Below, piece after piece: positions 52,855-63,673 of a stretch of DNA of 64,000 nucleotides. The position numbers and the translations under genes are program-made. The stretch is taken from assembly GCA_963765765.1 (NCBI GenBank), contig CAVXYC010000014.1, positions 64,001-128,000 on the forward strand. Reading direction: 5' to 3'. The DNA is from an uncultured Chloroflexia bacterium (GTDB lineage: Bacteria > Chloroflexota > UBA6077 > JACCZL01). Within the stretch, counting starts at the first letter, position 1. Each line of letters opens with the position of its first letter. The notes below the pieces were generated by a model that saw nothing but the letters and a program-made list of their open reading frames with translations, searched no databases and was not told the origin of the DNA.

Positions 52855-53076
52855 TCACTCGCAGCGGATCCGGAGACGGGACGGGGAGCCAGCGCTTCTC
52901 ACCGACGGAGTCTTCGGGTCGGCCTGAGAGTCTGAGACATTGACCTGATGCTGCCCCACGTTGACCTGTCCCGCCGAGCCGATGTTCAGGTTCGGCGCGG
53001 GCGGCCGCCGTCGATCATCCAGCGCCTTCAAATTGCGCAGCATCATCCGAATGGCCCGGTCCAGCAGCGGCATCAT
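52855..53076 (-). pseudogene. Gene remnant B (paralog of 49342-49486)
   Basis: LDRAIRMMLRNLKALDDRRRPPAPNLNIGSAGQVNVGQHQVNV. Confidence 0.6.
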
Positions 53077-53383
53077 TTGCTCGCCGACTCAATAGTGGTG
53101 GCTCAACGAACTCCCGAACCGCACGGCCGAAATGATCGCTACGGTACCCGTTGGAGCAGGCAGTGATCTGATCGCGATCTCCCCGAACCTCGGCCCGCTG
53201 CGGGTGTGGTCGTCGCGGTAGGTCGGCAATCGCAGGCGTGATCTGCAGGGTGGGGTAGCGCTCCAGCAGCCGGCCTGCGGGTAGAACGGTCGAAGTCATA
53301 AGATCTCTGGACGGCGCAGCGAGCCCTGCCCTATCCGGCTGCCGCGGCAAGCGGTGGTCTGTCCGCACGCTCTCTGGCGATGG

Positions 53384-54655
53384 TCAGGCGCTTATCCGGC
53401 TTCTCCCCAGACGAGATAGCCACGACCTCCAGTTCCATCCGCCCGGCCCCGACTCGGATTGGGCCAGAATATGCCCTAGGCATACCGACCCCACCTGGAA
53501 CGCATTTACCACTTCGGAGAACCGCCCGCTCAGGAGGATGCCGCCTTCGGACTTAAGCGGTCCGCTTGGCGCCTCCGGGCTAACGCTGAGCTGCAGACTT
53601 GGCGCTTCTACTCGCACCAAATCCCAACTCTCCCGCGTGGATGGAGTAATGAAGCTTAACGTCGAAGTCGCCCAGATCGCGAAGACCTGTCTGTAGTAGC
53701 TGGAAGACAATGTCCAGAAATGCACGACTAAATTGCGGAAAGGTCAAGCTCCGATCGATGCTTGCGATGCCGAGGTCGGCGAGCTCGTTGCGCGCCTGCC
53801 GCCATTGCGGGTGAATAACCTCCGAGACCCATTCACAGATCAAGTGCTGGGACGGGACAGCCTGCGGGAGCCGATCGCCCGGCGCGTCGGAAGTCTCGGA
53901 CAGCGGGGCGTTCTCACGAGGCGACGGGCAGACTCTGCTAGAGATCATTTGGAGTGAATGGGCGATGTTCCTGAAGGCCCAAGCCTCTGCGAGACAGTAC
54001 ACGCCTTCCCGGTTCCGGGTCGGAGACAGCTCGTTGGTCGGCATCATGAAACTTGGGAAGCAGGCGCCCTAGATCAGCATGCAGCGCCTCGAGGGCTGAG
54101 ACGAAAGTCGGCGCGGGCCCGAGCAAATGGTATCCGGGATGGCCGCCGAAACTTGACTCGTACCTCGTGACTTGCAGTTCCGGTCGATGCGAGCCGATCT
54201 GCGATCTCGCTCCAGACTCTCCCCTCCCCGTCTATGCTTATCAGCGCATTATTGGGCGGCAAGGTGACACCCTGAGGCTCGGAATTGGCGTGGCTCGTTA
54301 TCCCGCGCACAGCAATAATGAACGTGTCGAGATAGTGGAGGACGAAGCCGGAGAATGTATCGGCCGAGTGGAAGACAGGATCGGCGCGATCTGCCACCTG
54401 GACTCGCGCCACGGCGGTGAAAACCACGTCCTGACCCAAGGGCCGATCGCAGCTTCGCAGGTTCTCTGGATTGCTTCGAAGCGGGTTTCCGTGAGCACTT
54501 TTCCGCTCCCCGAAGTGCGCGTCCAAGTCCGGATCCTTCATTCCGACCGGGTGGAAGCTCGACATATGAAAGTCTAAGCAGATGCTATCGAGCAGATCGG
54601 CTACGGCGTAAGCGGCCTCATGGGTCGCCCTATCCTGCTCTGTCATGGTGGTCAT
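53384..54655 (-). pseudogene. Fragmented gene of unknown function
   Basis: GGAGG RBS before MTTMTEQDR; protein-like segments hop between frames down to about 53400; no family recognised. Confidence 0.35.
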
Positions 54656-55034
54656 CCGACGGCGTCCTCCCTACGCGAAGAGGACCGGATTAATGGCCGG
54701 CGCAAATCCACCGGCCAAGTATTGTCCCGCGCAAATGGTTGATCCTGGCCCGTGACCGCTCCGGAACCAGGCGAATGGGGTCGGCGTTGGAGTGACTTGC
54801 ATCTAGTCTGGCGCGCACCTCGTTCGGCCGGGTCCCCGGCCTGAAGTAACTGCGTCGCCCAATCGGGTTGGACATCGCAACCGGCAGAGCCCTACCATAC
54901 GTCTGAAATCCATCGACTGTACGGGACCATGCCCAGGATGCGTCCCCTCATCGCCACATCGAATGGCGATGAGGGGCTCCTTCGGCTCGAGTTCACTGCG
55001 AGGCATCCGGGGTGCTGGGTTCACCGGAACCTCG

Positions 55035-57240
55035 CTACCGCCAAACCAATACATGACATTTAAATTCGCCCCTTCCGTTGCGCGGTTTATCGTCATTGAT
55101 TCGGAGGTACAAGCGACGCGTTTCTCCGTGCGGATAGCGCTCCCGGACCCTGGAGTCTCCGAGGAGAGAAGTAGGCCCCGCCCCCGAGCCGTGCCAGCAG
55201 GCAGAACGGATGAGCATCCGATCCGTCGTGGAGTGGAAACTTCGGGTTATGGTCGATGTTGTTCCAGCCGTTGGGACCGTTTCTTCCCGTCCCGGCGAAC
55301 GCCCGATGAGATCAGGCCGAATTCGCCTCGAAGGCGACATCGTCGCCCGCGCTGAGATCGATCCCGGTGTCAACATCGAAGTCGGCCTTCTGACCGTGAC
55401 CCACGTATCCACGATGAGCGCCATGTTCGGTCTGGCCCGTTGCTGGAGCCCGAGGACATGTCCGACCGATGGCACGCGCTGGTCGCTCAGCACGAATAGG
55501 AGGAAGAATCCTGGCGGTGCAATCGTTCCATTATACGGTGCCCTGACCGTCAACCGATCGAATTGCCGCTGCTCGATGACAAGACCCACGTATCGCTGGT
55601 CCATGTTGTTGGTATGAGTAGTCGAGCTTTGACGGACCAGCACGACGGAACCAACATGCTCTGGGCTCGACACGGTGATGTCAAAGGCTTGGCCGTAGGA
55701 GATTTCCGACGGGGCCGCTTGGATGACCGGACGCGGTCCGCGGAGCAGGTACGGTGGGCTGAAGATCTCAAGCGTGATGTCCTCGATCTCGTTCCCGGGA
55801 TTCCAGTGGCGCGTATACAGGCGCGGGCGATTGATCGGCGCCACCACCCGCCACGTTTCCGATTCAGGATCGAACAACTGTGCAGACATGACGGGATCGT
55901 GTGACTCGTCAGCTTCACCGCTGCCGGCACCGTTAACGACGAAGACGGTCCCGTCGGCGAGCAGCACCGCATCGCCCATGAACCGTCGAAAGTGCATGTT
56001 GCCACCGCGCGCTGATCGCCAGTAGCTTTCATGATGGGACTGCGCGTTGAACTCGAAGATCTCTGCGGTGTCGGTGGCCTGGTGAGTCCCCGCTTCTTCC
56101 CCTTGACCGCCAACGAGCAGGAGGCGTGCACGGTAGCCCTGATCAGGCATGAGAGGCAAAAGCACGCAACTCCCCTGGTGGGGGTAAGTGCGACCAAACG
56201 GCGAGATCGTACGGAACGACGTCGGATTCCACGTTGCGTTTTGCGGGTAGAACAGCCGAGCTTCGTTCTTCGAAAACACGAACAGTGCGCCCCCTGGCGA
56301 GCCGTCAGGGAGCACGTGGATGAACGGATACATCTCGGTGATATGCCCCGGATTGAAGCGTAGCGACTGACTGCGCGTGCCACGCCGCCAATCGAAGATC
56401 TCGTACTCATCGTTCGGAATGTTCGTGAAGGTTGGGAAGTAACGACTGGCAGCTCCACCTGCTATCAAGACGTTCCCGTTTGGTAGAGTGACGCAGGTCG
56501 GGTAGTAGCGGGCGGCGGGCATGTCCGGTGACCGAAGACCACAGACTCGGTCATCGGGTCGAAGATATGGACGTCGTGATCCGAGCCCCAGCCGACAAAG
56601 GGTGGGACGTTATTGGACTGACCGCCGACGACCAGCAGGCGCCCATCGGGCAGGAAGCAGTGCCCGCTGCAGAACGCGTTCCTGCCCATCACCTGACTCT
56701 CTGGCGTGACGGGCCCCGACTCCGGTACTCGAAAGCTGCCACTTGCCACGATTGACGTTGTCTTCTTGCGGCTCGTCATATGAGAAGAACAGCACGCGGC
56801 CACTACGTAGCAGCGCGGCATGCACGCCCGGCCACGTTGAGAGTTTTCTCTTGAAGGATGCATCGGCCCTGCTGATTCAACTCGGCGTTACCAATGGCCG
56901 GTCCTCTCGAGGAATGGCGGCCAGCGCCCCGTCCGGCACCACATGAACCGCGGCCCACCCCCCGTACAGTTGGAGCACGTCCGGGCTCGGGATCCCGCGC
57001 CGCTGGCCGCTTGCACAACGTAAACGGTAGCAGCCGAAAACTCCCGCAGGACGGTACCATCACGCGGGATGCTCGCCACCGCTGCGAGCGCCTCGCCCGG
57101 CACCAGTTCGACCGCGTCCCACCCACCGTAGTGCTGCTCGAGCACGTCCGGACTCTGGGATCCAGAACTTCGCCCCGCCGAAGATCACATAGACCGCTGG
57201 CCGGGAACTGGGCCCTCACCACAGCGCCGTCTTTGAACAT
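55035..57240 (-). pseudogene. Galactose/glyoxal oxidase-like copper-radical enzyme (kelch + DUF1929) with N-terminal tandem repeat and C-terminal LecA-like domain, disrupted
   Basis: VHAALL, NAFCSGH, ARYYPT, MYP, EIFSPPYL, STTH..NMDQR, APPGFFLLF; tail LYLRINDD...NG.GEF; many frameshifts and loss of the segment after PRLY. Confidence 0.85.
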
Positions 57241-57634
57241 GGTTCCCTCCCCGAGTGTCAAACGCCCAGCCCGGACGACTTGAGAGTGAATCGCTTCGAG
57301 CTCAGTGCACCCCGACAGCCGGTCGTTACGTCATGCGCACAGAGGCCTCCCACCAAACAACTGTCCAGGGCGCATGCAATCAGCTACGCGCGGAACGGAA
57401 TCGTTTGCGTAGTCGAAGGCCCCGGCCCGCTCGCATTCGGGCATATGGCCCGCCATATCTGGTTGGTTCCTCGAAGGGCGCGTCGGCCGCTGCGAACTGC
57501 TTCGCCGCCGAGCGCTCGTCCTTAGTGGCCGCTGTCCACCGGCCGGGCCTGGAGACCATCGCTTCAGTTGCGCCCTGGCCACGTCTGGATCGGCCGCCCG
57601 GACGGCTCGTCATCATGAACGCTGAGAGCCATAC

Positions 57635-58519
57635 TCAAGTTACCGTAAACCACGCGGCTTTGATTACTTCTCTGTGATCACCGTCGGGGGCTCGGACGAT
57701 CATGTCCCATTTACCGGGAGGCGCATTGGTAAAATCGAACCGACTAGTAAGCCTAGATGAGTCAACCACGAGCACATTGGTACCGTTGATTTCCCGACCC
57801 TCGCGCCGCAACAAGACGCCTGTGCCATCAGTAAACCCGGCGCCGAAAACGGTAACAGAGCCGGTGGTATTCGTCGGGGCCCTGTTCGGGGACGATGCCG
57901 ATGACGCTCAGCCCCGTCTCCGCTAGACGCTGCACCCCCAAAGCTGCCGAGACTGAACTGGCCCCGAAGTAGAACCCGGATGACGGCCACCACCAAGGTG
58001 CCCACTGTGGTCATTAATTGCTGTGCCAGACGCACCCCATCGTCGGAAATCTCCCCCCTTAGTCGAACTCTATACGTTTGCGGCGTTGTCCCAGTATCTA
58101 GGCCGCCGGCTCAACACTCTGCTATTTTCTGCAGAAAGTAACGCTTGATACTGTTCTGCTGTTAGCCCAGCAACGTCATCGCGACTCGGAAGGCTGACTA
58201 ATCGGAACAGCGTGAGGCTGACCACTATAAAACAACATGATTAGAAGCAGTGCTATGAGAGCGCGTATGGAACCCTGAGGAAGGCCGAGAGCTTGCTGAG
58301 GTCGCTTAGTTTAATTATTGAAAAGCTAACTGACATCAAGAATAGCATCAACATCATCACGACCACTGTGATTACTATAATGAGACCTATCGAAACCTCT
58401 AGAGATATATTTGCTGCGTTACCTAAATATGAGAATAATCCGAACCCTGTCAATGCAAGTAGTAGTGCAGCTACAACAGCAAGTATTCCTGGAGCTACAA
58501 GATTTCTGATGTCTAACAT
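57635..58519 (-). pseudogene. Membrane protein with C-terminal IPT/TIG-like domain, frameshifted, AT-rich
   Basis: Hydrophobic N-terminus, GLPQGSIR, QLMTTVGTLVVAV..FYFG, then VTVFGAGF...PPGKWDMIVRAPDG...FTVT*. Confidence 0.6.
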
Positions 58520-59185
58520 CGGACTCTCAATCCGTCATACATGCGACTATAGCATTCAAAACGTCGCTGCCCCGAGGTTCCACTCCCTGAACGTCGGTGA
58601 CTGCATGTTTACGGACACTTCGCACAGCTTCTCTAGTGAAAGGGCTCATTTTTCCGGGACCGTTCTGGTCGATAGCGGCTCGGGCGCCATTTGTATTACG
58701 CAACACGCTCCTTGATCTCCGAAGCTCCAACTAAGTCGTACCTTTCGTCGCCTAGTCGAGCGGTACTCCAGTCAACGTTAGAGAGCCCCAGGGGACGTTA
58801 TTGTTCGGGTCGCAATGTCGAATGTACGGCAGAGTCGCTGGCGAAAATGTCAGGGCCATTGACCACTCTCTATGGTAGGGGCGGGGCTTAGAGGCTCACA
58901 AACCTTCGTAAACTGTGGAGATTAGATGAATCCTCTTTCGCCACCGGATAGGGCACCTGGCTACTCCATTACCAGGGGAATCTTGATGTCTCCCGTCTCT
59001 AAGGATGCGCCTGTGCGACACGGGCGAACTGGACGGCGCTATCGCCGATGCCTGACCAGAGCCCCGTTTCCCGAAAATTCGATAGCCACTGTCGTTAGTA
59101 CTCATACTTCTTCCTTCAATTGCTCCCCCGATAGAGCTCACCTACGTCGGCCAATGTCAGATGCGCTCTCCCTTGTCTAGCCACC

Positions 59186-59473
59186 TCACGTGGAATCGGG
59201 CTGCGGCCAGGCACTGAGCTCATCGTCTCTCGCCCAGCCGAGGTCGTCGTCTCCTTGCCATTCGATGTCTGCATCTCCTGTCAACCCGTGGCCACTCCGG
59301 CAATCGGTGGCGCTGACCGCCGGGCCATAGGCCCCGCTCGGCGGTCCGGCGATCTCCTGCTCGAGCTCGCCACGTTCCCCGAGCCAGCGCAGGTGGCGCA
59401 GGTGTTCCAGGTTCTTTCGGTAGCCCCGGACGAACCTGTCCAGGCTGCCATCGAGACTCTTCGGAGCGGTCAT
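59186..59473 (-). CDS. Small orphan protein divergent from crp
   Basis: AAAAGGAGG RBS 6 nt before ATG; TACGAT -10 at 59503-59498; basic N-terminus and acidic Trp-containing C-terminus. Confidence 0.7.
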   Translation of the reverse strand: MTAPKSLDGSLDRFVRGYRKNLEHLRHLRWLGERGELEQEIAGPPSGAYGPAVSATDCRSGHGLTGDADIEWQGDDDLGWARDDELSAWPQPDST

Positions 59474-59525
59474 CGTCCGCCTCCTTTTCCCGCCGCTATC
59501 GTAGGCGCGGAGTGTGGCCGTGGGC

Positions 59526-59564
59526 TGTGAGCATGTTCACACCCTGGGTGTGAATTGCTTCACA
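59526..59564. promoter_or_regulatory. Two perfect CRP boxes
   Basis: TGTGA-gcatgt-TCACA (59526-59541) and TGTGA-attgct-TCACA (59549-59564). Confidence 0.88.
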
Positions 59565-59597
59565 CCGGGCGCTCGGCTGATTGGTTGCGGTAGCCGG

Positions 59598-59626
59598 TTG
59601 CGCGTCCGCCGCCTCGGGCCTACAAT
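59598..59626 (+). promoter_or_regulatory. Sigma70-type promoter of the crp-cyclase operon
   Basis: TTGCGC-17 bp-TACAAT, followed by GGAGG and GTG starts at 59658/59661. Confidence 0.6.
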
Positions 59627-59660
59627 GGCCGACGTCGGATCGGTTCGACCGGAGGCGGTG

Positions 59661-60341
59661 GTGGACCCTGCGAGCCTGACGCGGGTGGCCCTCTTTGCTC
59701 AGCTCCCTGCCGAGGAATTGGCCGATCTGGCCGGCTCGCTCGGCCGCGGCGTTACGCTCGCGGGGAGGTCGTCTTCCTCCGCGGCGACCCGGGCACCTCC
59801 TTGTGCATCGTGGAGAGCGGGCGGATCCGACTGGGGCTCTCCTCCGCGGAGGGTAAGGAGACCGTCTTCGCGCAGCTCGGTCCGGGGGAAGTCTTCGGCG
59901 AGCTGGCCCTGCTGGATGGGCAGCCGCGCTCGGCCGACGCCGTCGCCGCCGAGGCGAGCTGCTTGCTGCTGCTCGGCCGGGAGGAGTTTCTGCGCGCGCT
60001 GGAGGCCCGCCCCGGGGCTCGCGATCCGGCTGCTCGGGGTGCTGGCGCAGCGGCTGCGGCGCGACGCCCAACTCCTCGAGGAGGCGGCCTTCCTCGACGT
60101 CCCGGGCCGCCTGGCCAGCGTGCTTCTGCGCCTGGCGGAAGCGCCCGCCCCGCCCGCGGAGGGTCCCGAGGTGCTTCCGCGGGGGCTGACGCAGACGGAG
60201 CTGGCACGGCTGGTGGGGGCGACGCGGGAGAGCGTGAGCAAGTGGCTGGGGAACTTCGAACGGCGCGGTCTGATCGGCCGGGAAGGCGGCCGGATCGCGG
60301 TACTCGAGCCGGACGAGCTCGTCCGGCAGCGCGAGCGCTGA
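59661..60341 (+). CDS. Crp/Fnr family cNMP-binding transcriptional regulator (compensating frameshifts near 59750 and 60020)
   Basis: LFAQL, FGELALLDGQPRSA phosphate-binding cassette, DVPGRLA, LTQTELARLVGATRESVSK helix-turn-helix. Confidence 0.92.
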   Translation: MDPASLTRVALFAQLPAEELADLAGSLGRGVTLAGRSSSSAATRAPPCASWRAGGSDWGSPPRRVRRPSSRSSVRGKSSASWPCWMGSRARPTPSPPRRAACCCSAGRSFCARWRPAPGLAIRLLGVLAQRLRRDAQLLEEAAFLDVPGRLASVLLRLAEAPAPPAEGPEVLPRGLTQTELARLVGATRESVSKWLGNFERRGLIGREGGRIAVLEPDELVRQRER

Positions 60342-60355
60342 CCGAGGACGAGGGC

Positions 60356-63026
60356 ATGACCGAGCTGCCAGTCGGCACGGTGACATTCCTGTTCAGCGAC
60401 ATCGAGGCCAGCGTCCGTCTCTGGGATGCCGACGCCGCGGCGATGGCGCTGGCGCTCCGGCGCCATGACGAGATCATCGAGGGCATCGTGGCGGGGCACG
60501 GCGGCGCGGTGGTCCGCCCCCGAGGCCAGGGCGACTCCCGCTTCGCGGTGTTCGCCCGAGCCGCCGACGGGGTCGCCGCGGCACTCGCCATCCAGCGGAC
60601 GCTCGGGGCCGAAGCCTGGCCCACGCCGGGGTCGCTGCGGGTGCGGCTGGCCCTGCACACCGGAGTGGCCGACCTGCGCGCCGGCGATTACTACGGCTCC
60701 GCGGTCAACCGCTGCGCCCGCCTGCGCGGGGTGGCCCACGGCGGCCAGACACTGCTGTCGGAAGCGACCGCCGCGCTGGTCCGCGACGACCTCCCGGACG
60801 AGGCGAGTCTGCGCGACCTCGGGGAGCACCGACTGCGTGACCTGGAGCGCCCGGAGCGGGTGTTCCAGTTGCTGCACCCCGAGCTGCCGGCCAGATTCCC
60901 GCCCCTGGCCAGCCTCGATGCGCGACCGCACAACCTGCCGGCCGCGTCGACGGCCCTCATCGGCCGGGAGCGCGAGCTGGAGGCCGTCCGAGACGTGCTG
61001 CTCCGCGAGGACGTGCGCCTGCTGACGCTGACCGGGCCCGGCGGCGTGGGCAAGACGCGACTTGCCCTGTGCGTCGGATCCCGCGTCGTCCCGGACTTCG
61101 CCGACGGCATCTGGCTGGTCGAGCTGGCGGCGGTGGCGGACGAAGCGCTGGTCCCCCAGCTCGTGGCGTCCGCACTTGACGTTCGGCAGGAGCCTGGTCG
61201 CCCGCTGGTGGCCACGTTGCTCGATTACCTGCAGCCCGCGGCAGCTCCTGCTGGTGCTGGACAACTGCGAGCACCTCGTTGAGGCCTGCGCCGACCTCGC
61301 CGAGCAGGTCCTGCGCGCATGTCCCGACATCGCGATCCTGGCGACCAGCCGTGAGTCGCTCGGGATCGGCGCCGAAGTCGCCTGGACCGTGCCGCCGCTG
61401 GCCACGCCCAGCGCGGAGGAGCTCGGGGGCCTGGCCGATGCGGCGGCACTTGCGAAGAGCGAGGCGGTGCGACTGTTTGTCGCGCGGGCCACCGCCGTTC
61501 GGCCAGGTTACGAGGTGACCCCGTCGAATGTGCTGGCGGTGGCGCGGATCTGCCACCGGCTCGACGGGATCCCGCTGGCCATCGAGCTGGCGGCCGCCCG
61601 GATCAGCGTGCTGTCCGCTGAGCAGATCGCCGCCCGCCTGGACGATCGGTTCCGGCTGCTCACCGGTGGCAGCCGCATGGCACTCCCCCGCCATCGCACG
61701 CTGCGGGCGCTGGTCGACTGGAGCCATGATCTGCTGCGACCGGCGGAACGGGTGCTCCTGCGGCGGCTGGCGGTGTTCGCCGGCGGCTGGACACTCGACG
61801 CGGCCGAGGCGGTCAACGATTCGGACCCGGACACCCTCGACCGGCTGTCGCGGCTGGTGGACCAGTCGCTGGTGGTGGTCGACCGGGAGGGCGAGGACAC
61901 GCGGTATCGCCTGCTCGACACCATCCGACAGTACGCACTCGAGCGGCTGCGAGAGGCGGGGAAGAAGCCGACAGCGTGCCGGCGGCATCGCGACTGGTTC
62001 CTGGCGCTCGCGGAGCGAGCCGAGGAGCAGATCTGGAGTGCGGAGCAGGTGGTGGCGCTGGACCGCCTGGATCGCGAGCACGACAACCTGCGGGCGGCGC
62101 TGGCCTGGTGCGACCGGGTCGGAGACGCCGAGGCCGGGCTGCGCCTGGCCGCGGCGCTCTGGCGGTTCCGGGACATCCGCGGCTATCTGGGGGAAGGACA
62201 AACCGCCCTGGAGCGGTTCCTCACAGTGACGACCGGACAATCGCCGACACGGGCCAGGGCGCTGGCCGGCGCGGGCTTCCTGTCCCAGGTGCTGGGCGAC
62301 GCCGAGAGCGCCCGCGCGTTCGCCGAGGACGGCCTGTCGGCGGCGCGCGAGAGCGGCGAGCTGCCCAGCATGGCGCTGGCGATTGTCGTTATCGGCATCC
62401 TCGCCACGGGGGAAGACGAGGTCCGCCGCGTTGCCGCGCTCTGCGACGAGTGTCTGACCCGGTCACGGGAGGCAGGCTCGGCATTCGCCCAGGCCGCGGC
62501 GCTGCACTGGCTCGGCGTGCTGGCGAACGCGGACCGTGAGATCGAGCGGGCGGAGGCGCTCTTCGGGGAGAGTCTCGCGATCCTCCGCCCGACCGGCGAC
62601 CGCTGGGCGGCCGCGCACCCGATCGCTGGGCTGGCCCACCTGGCACTGGCGCGCGGGGACACCGCGCGGGCGGCCGCGCTGTACCGGGAGGCCCTGCGGG
62701 CCCGCGTCGAGCTCGGCGATGCCCGCAGCATCCCGCTCTGCCTGGACGGCCTGGCCTGGGTGGCCTGCGCCGAGGGTGGATTTGAGCGGGCGGCCCACCT
62801 GCTCGGCGCCCAGGCGGCGCTCCGCGAGCGGGTCGGGGCGATCGTGCCGCCGACGGTCCGTCCCGTACACGACAGCACCATCGCGAAGATCCACGCGAGC
62901 CTCGGTGAGACGGTGTTCGCGACGCTCTGGCAGGAAGGGCGATCGATGTCGCTGGCGCAAGCCATCAGCTATGCCCTGGATGAGCCCGCACGTCCCGACG
63001 CTCGACCGGGCCTTTCGTCGGAGTAA
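60356..63026 (+). CDS. Class III nucleotide cyclase + STAND/NB-ARC-type ATPase + TPR protein (frameshift near 61238)
   Basis: TFLFSDIE, GQGDS, DYYGSAVNRCARL, HNLP, GPGGVGKT, LLVLDNCEH, ATSRE, LDGIPLAIELAA, EHDNLRAAL, helical repeats. Confidence 0.92.
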
Positions 63027-63673
63027 GCGCGTGTATGGCTTCGCCGAATCGGGGGGCCATGCTTCATCGAGCCCGCTGACCTAACCCAACTGTGAGAGGC
63101 AGTTGTAGTCGTGAAGTGAAAGGATGGTCGCAGGCGGGGGTTCTCGCGCTGTGACGTGCGCCCTTGACAGGCCTATTGGATCCATTCGCGGGGCTGACGT
63201 CGGTGGGATTGGCAAGCCTGCTCACTTGCAGCGGTCGGGTGCGAGCAACCACTACTCAGCCGGTCGGGGCGCTGCCGGACCGCTACACGTGCCCCGAAAG
63301 GGGGAGACCCCCGGTCGCGATCTGTCTGTTCGTGTGCCCCAGATAACGGCACGCTGGGGAACTTGATTGGGACGGAGAGGACGCTCGCGGTCCCAGGGAG
63401 CCACGCGCCGTTCGCGGAATAGTTGCAGTCGCCAGCCCGGCGCTCACGCTCACTCCCCTCAGTAAACCTTCGCCACAGTCATCTATCACTTGACACCTCC
63501 GACGACTTTCGCCACGATGCATCGGGACATCGACTGGCTGATGGAGGGACGCCAGGCTCATCGAGCAATCATCTCTTCCAGCAATCACGGTCATATCCAG
63601 GGCGCGCGAGTGCGCGCGCGGCGAATCCAGCGAAGACGGGAAGCCTCGAACGTGTCCATGAAAGGAACGACGC

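Noticed and set aside
59699-62965. Long antisense ORFs (59699-61492, 60957-62240 and others)
   Set aside because: Shadow ORFs of GC-rich genes that have clear motifs on the plus strand.
60356-63026. Known Pycsar, CBASS or Avs defence system
   Set aside because: The partner is an HTH-bearing Crp rather than a TM/TIR effector, and the STAND type is the regulatory cyclase-associated class; a defence role is not supported by sequence alone.
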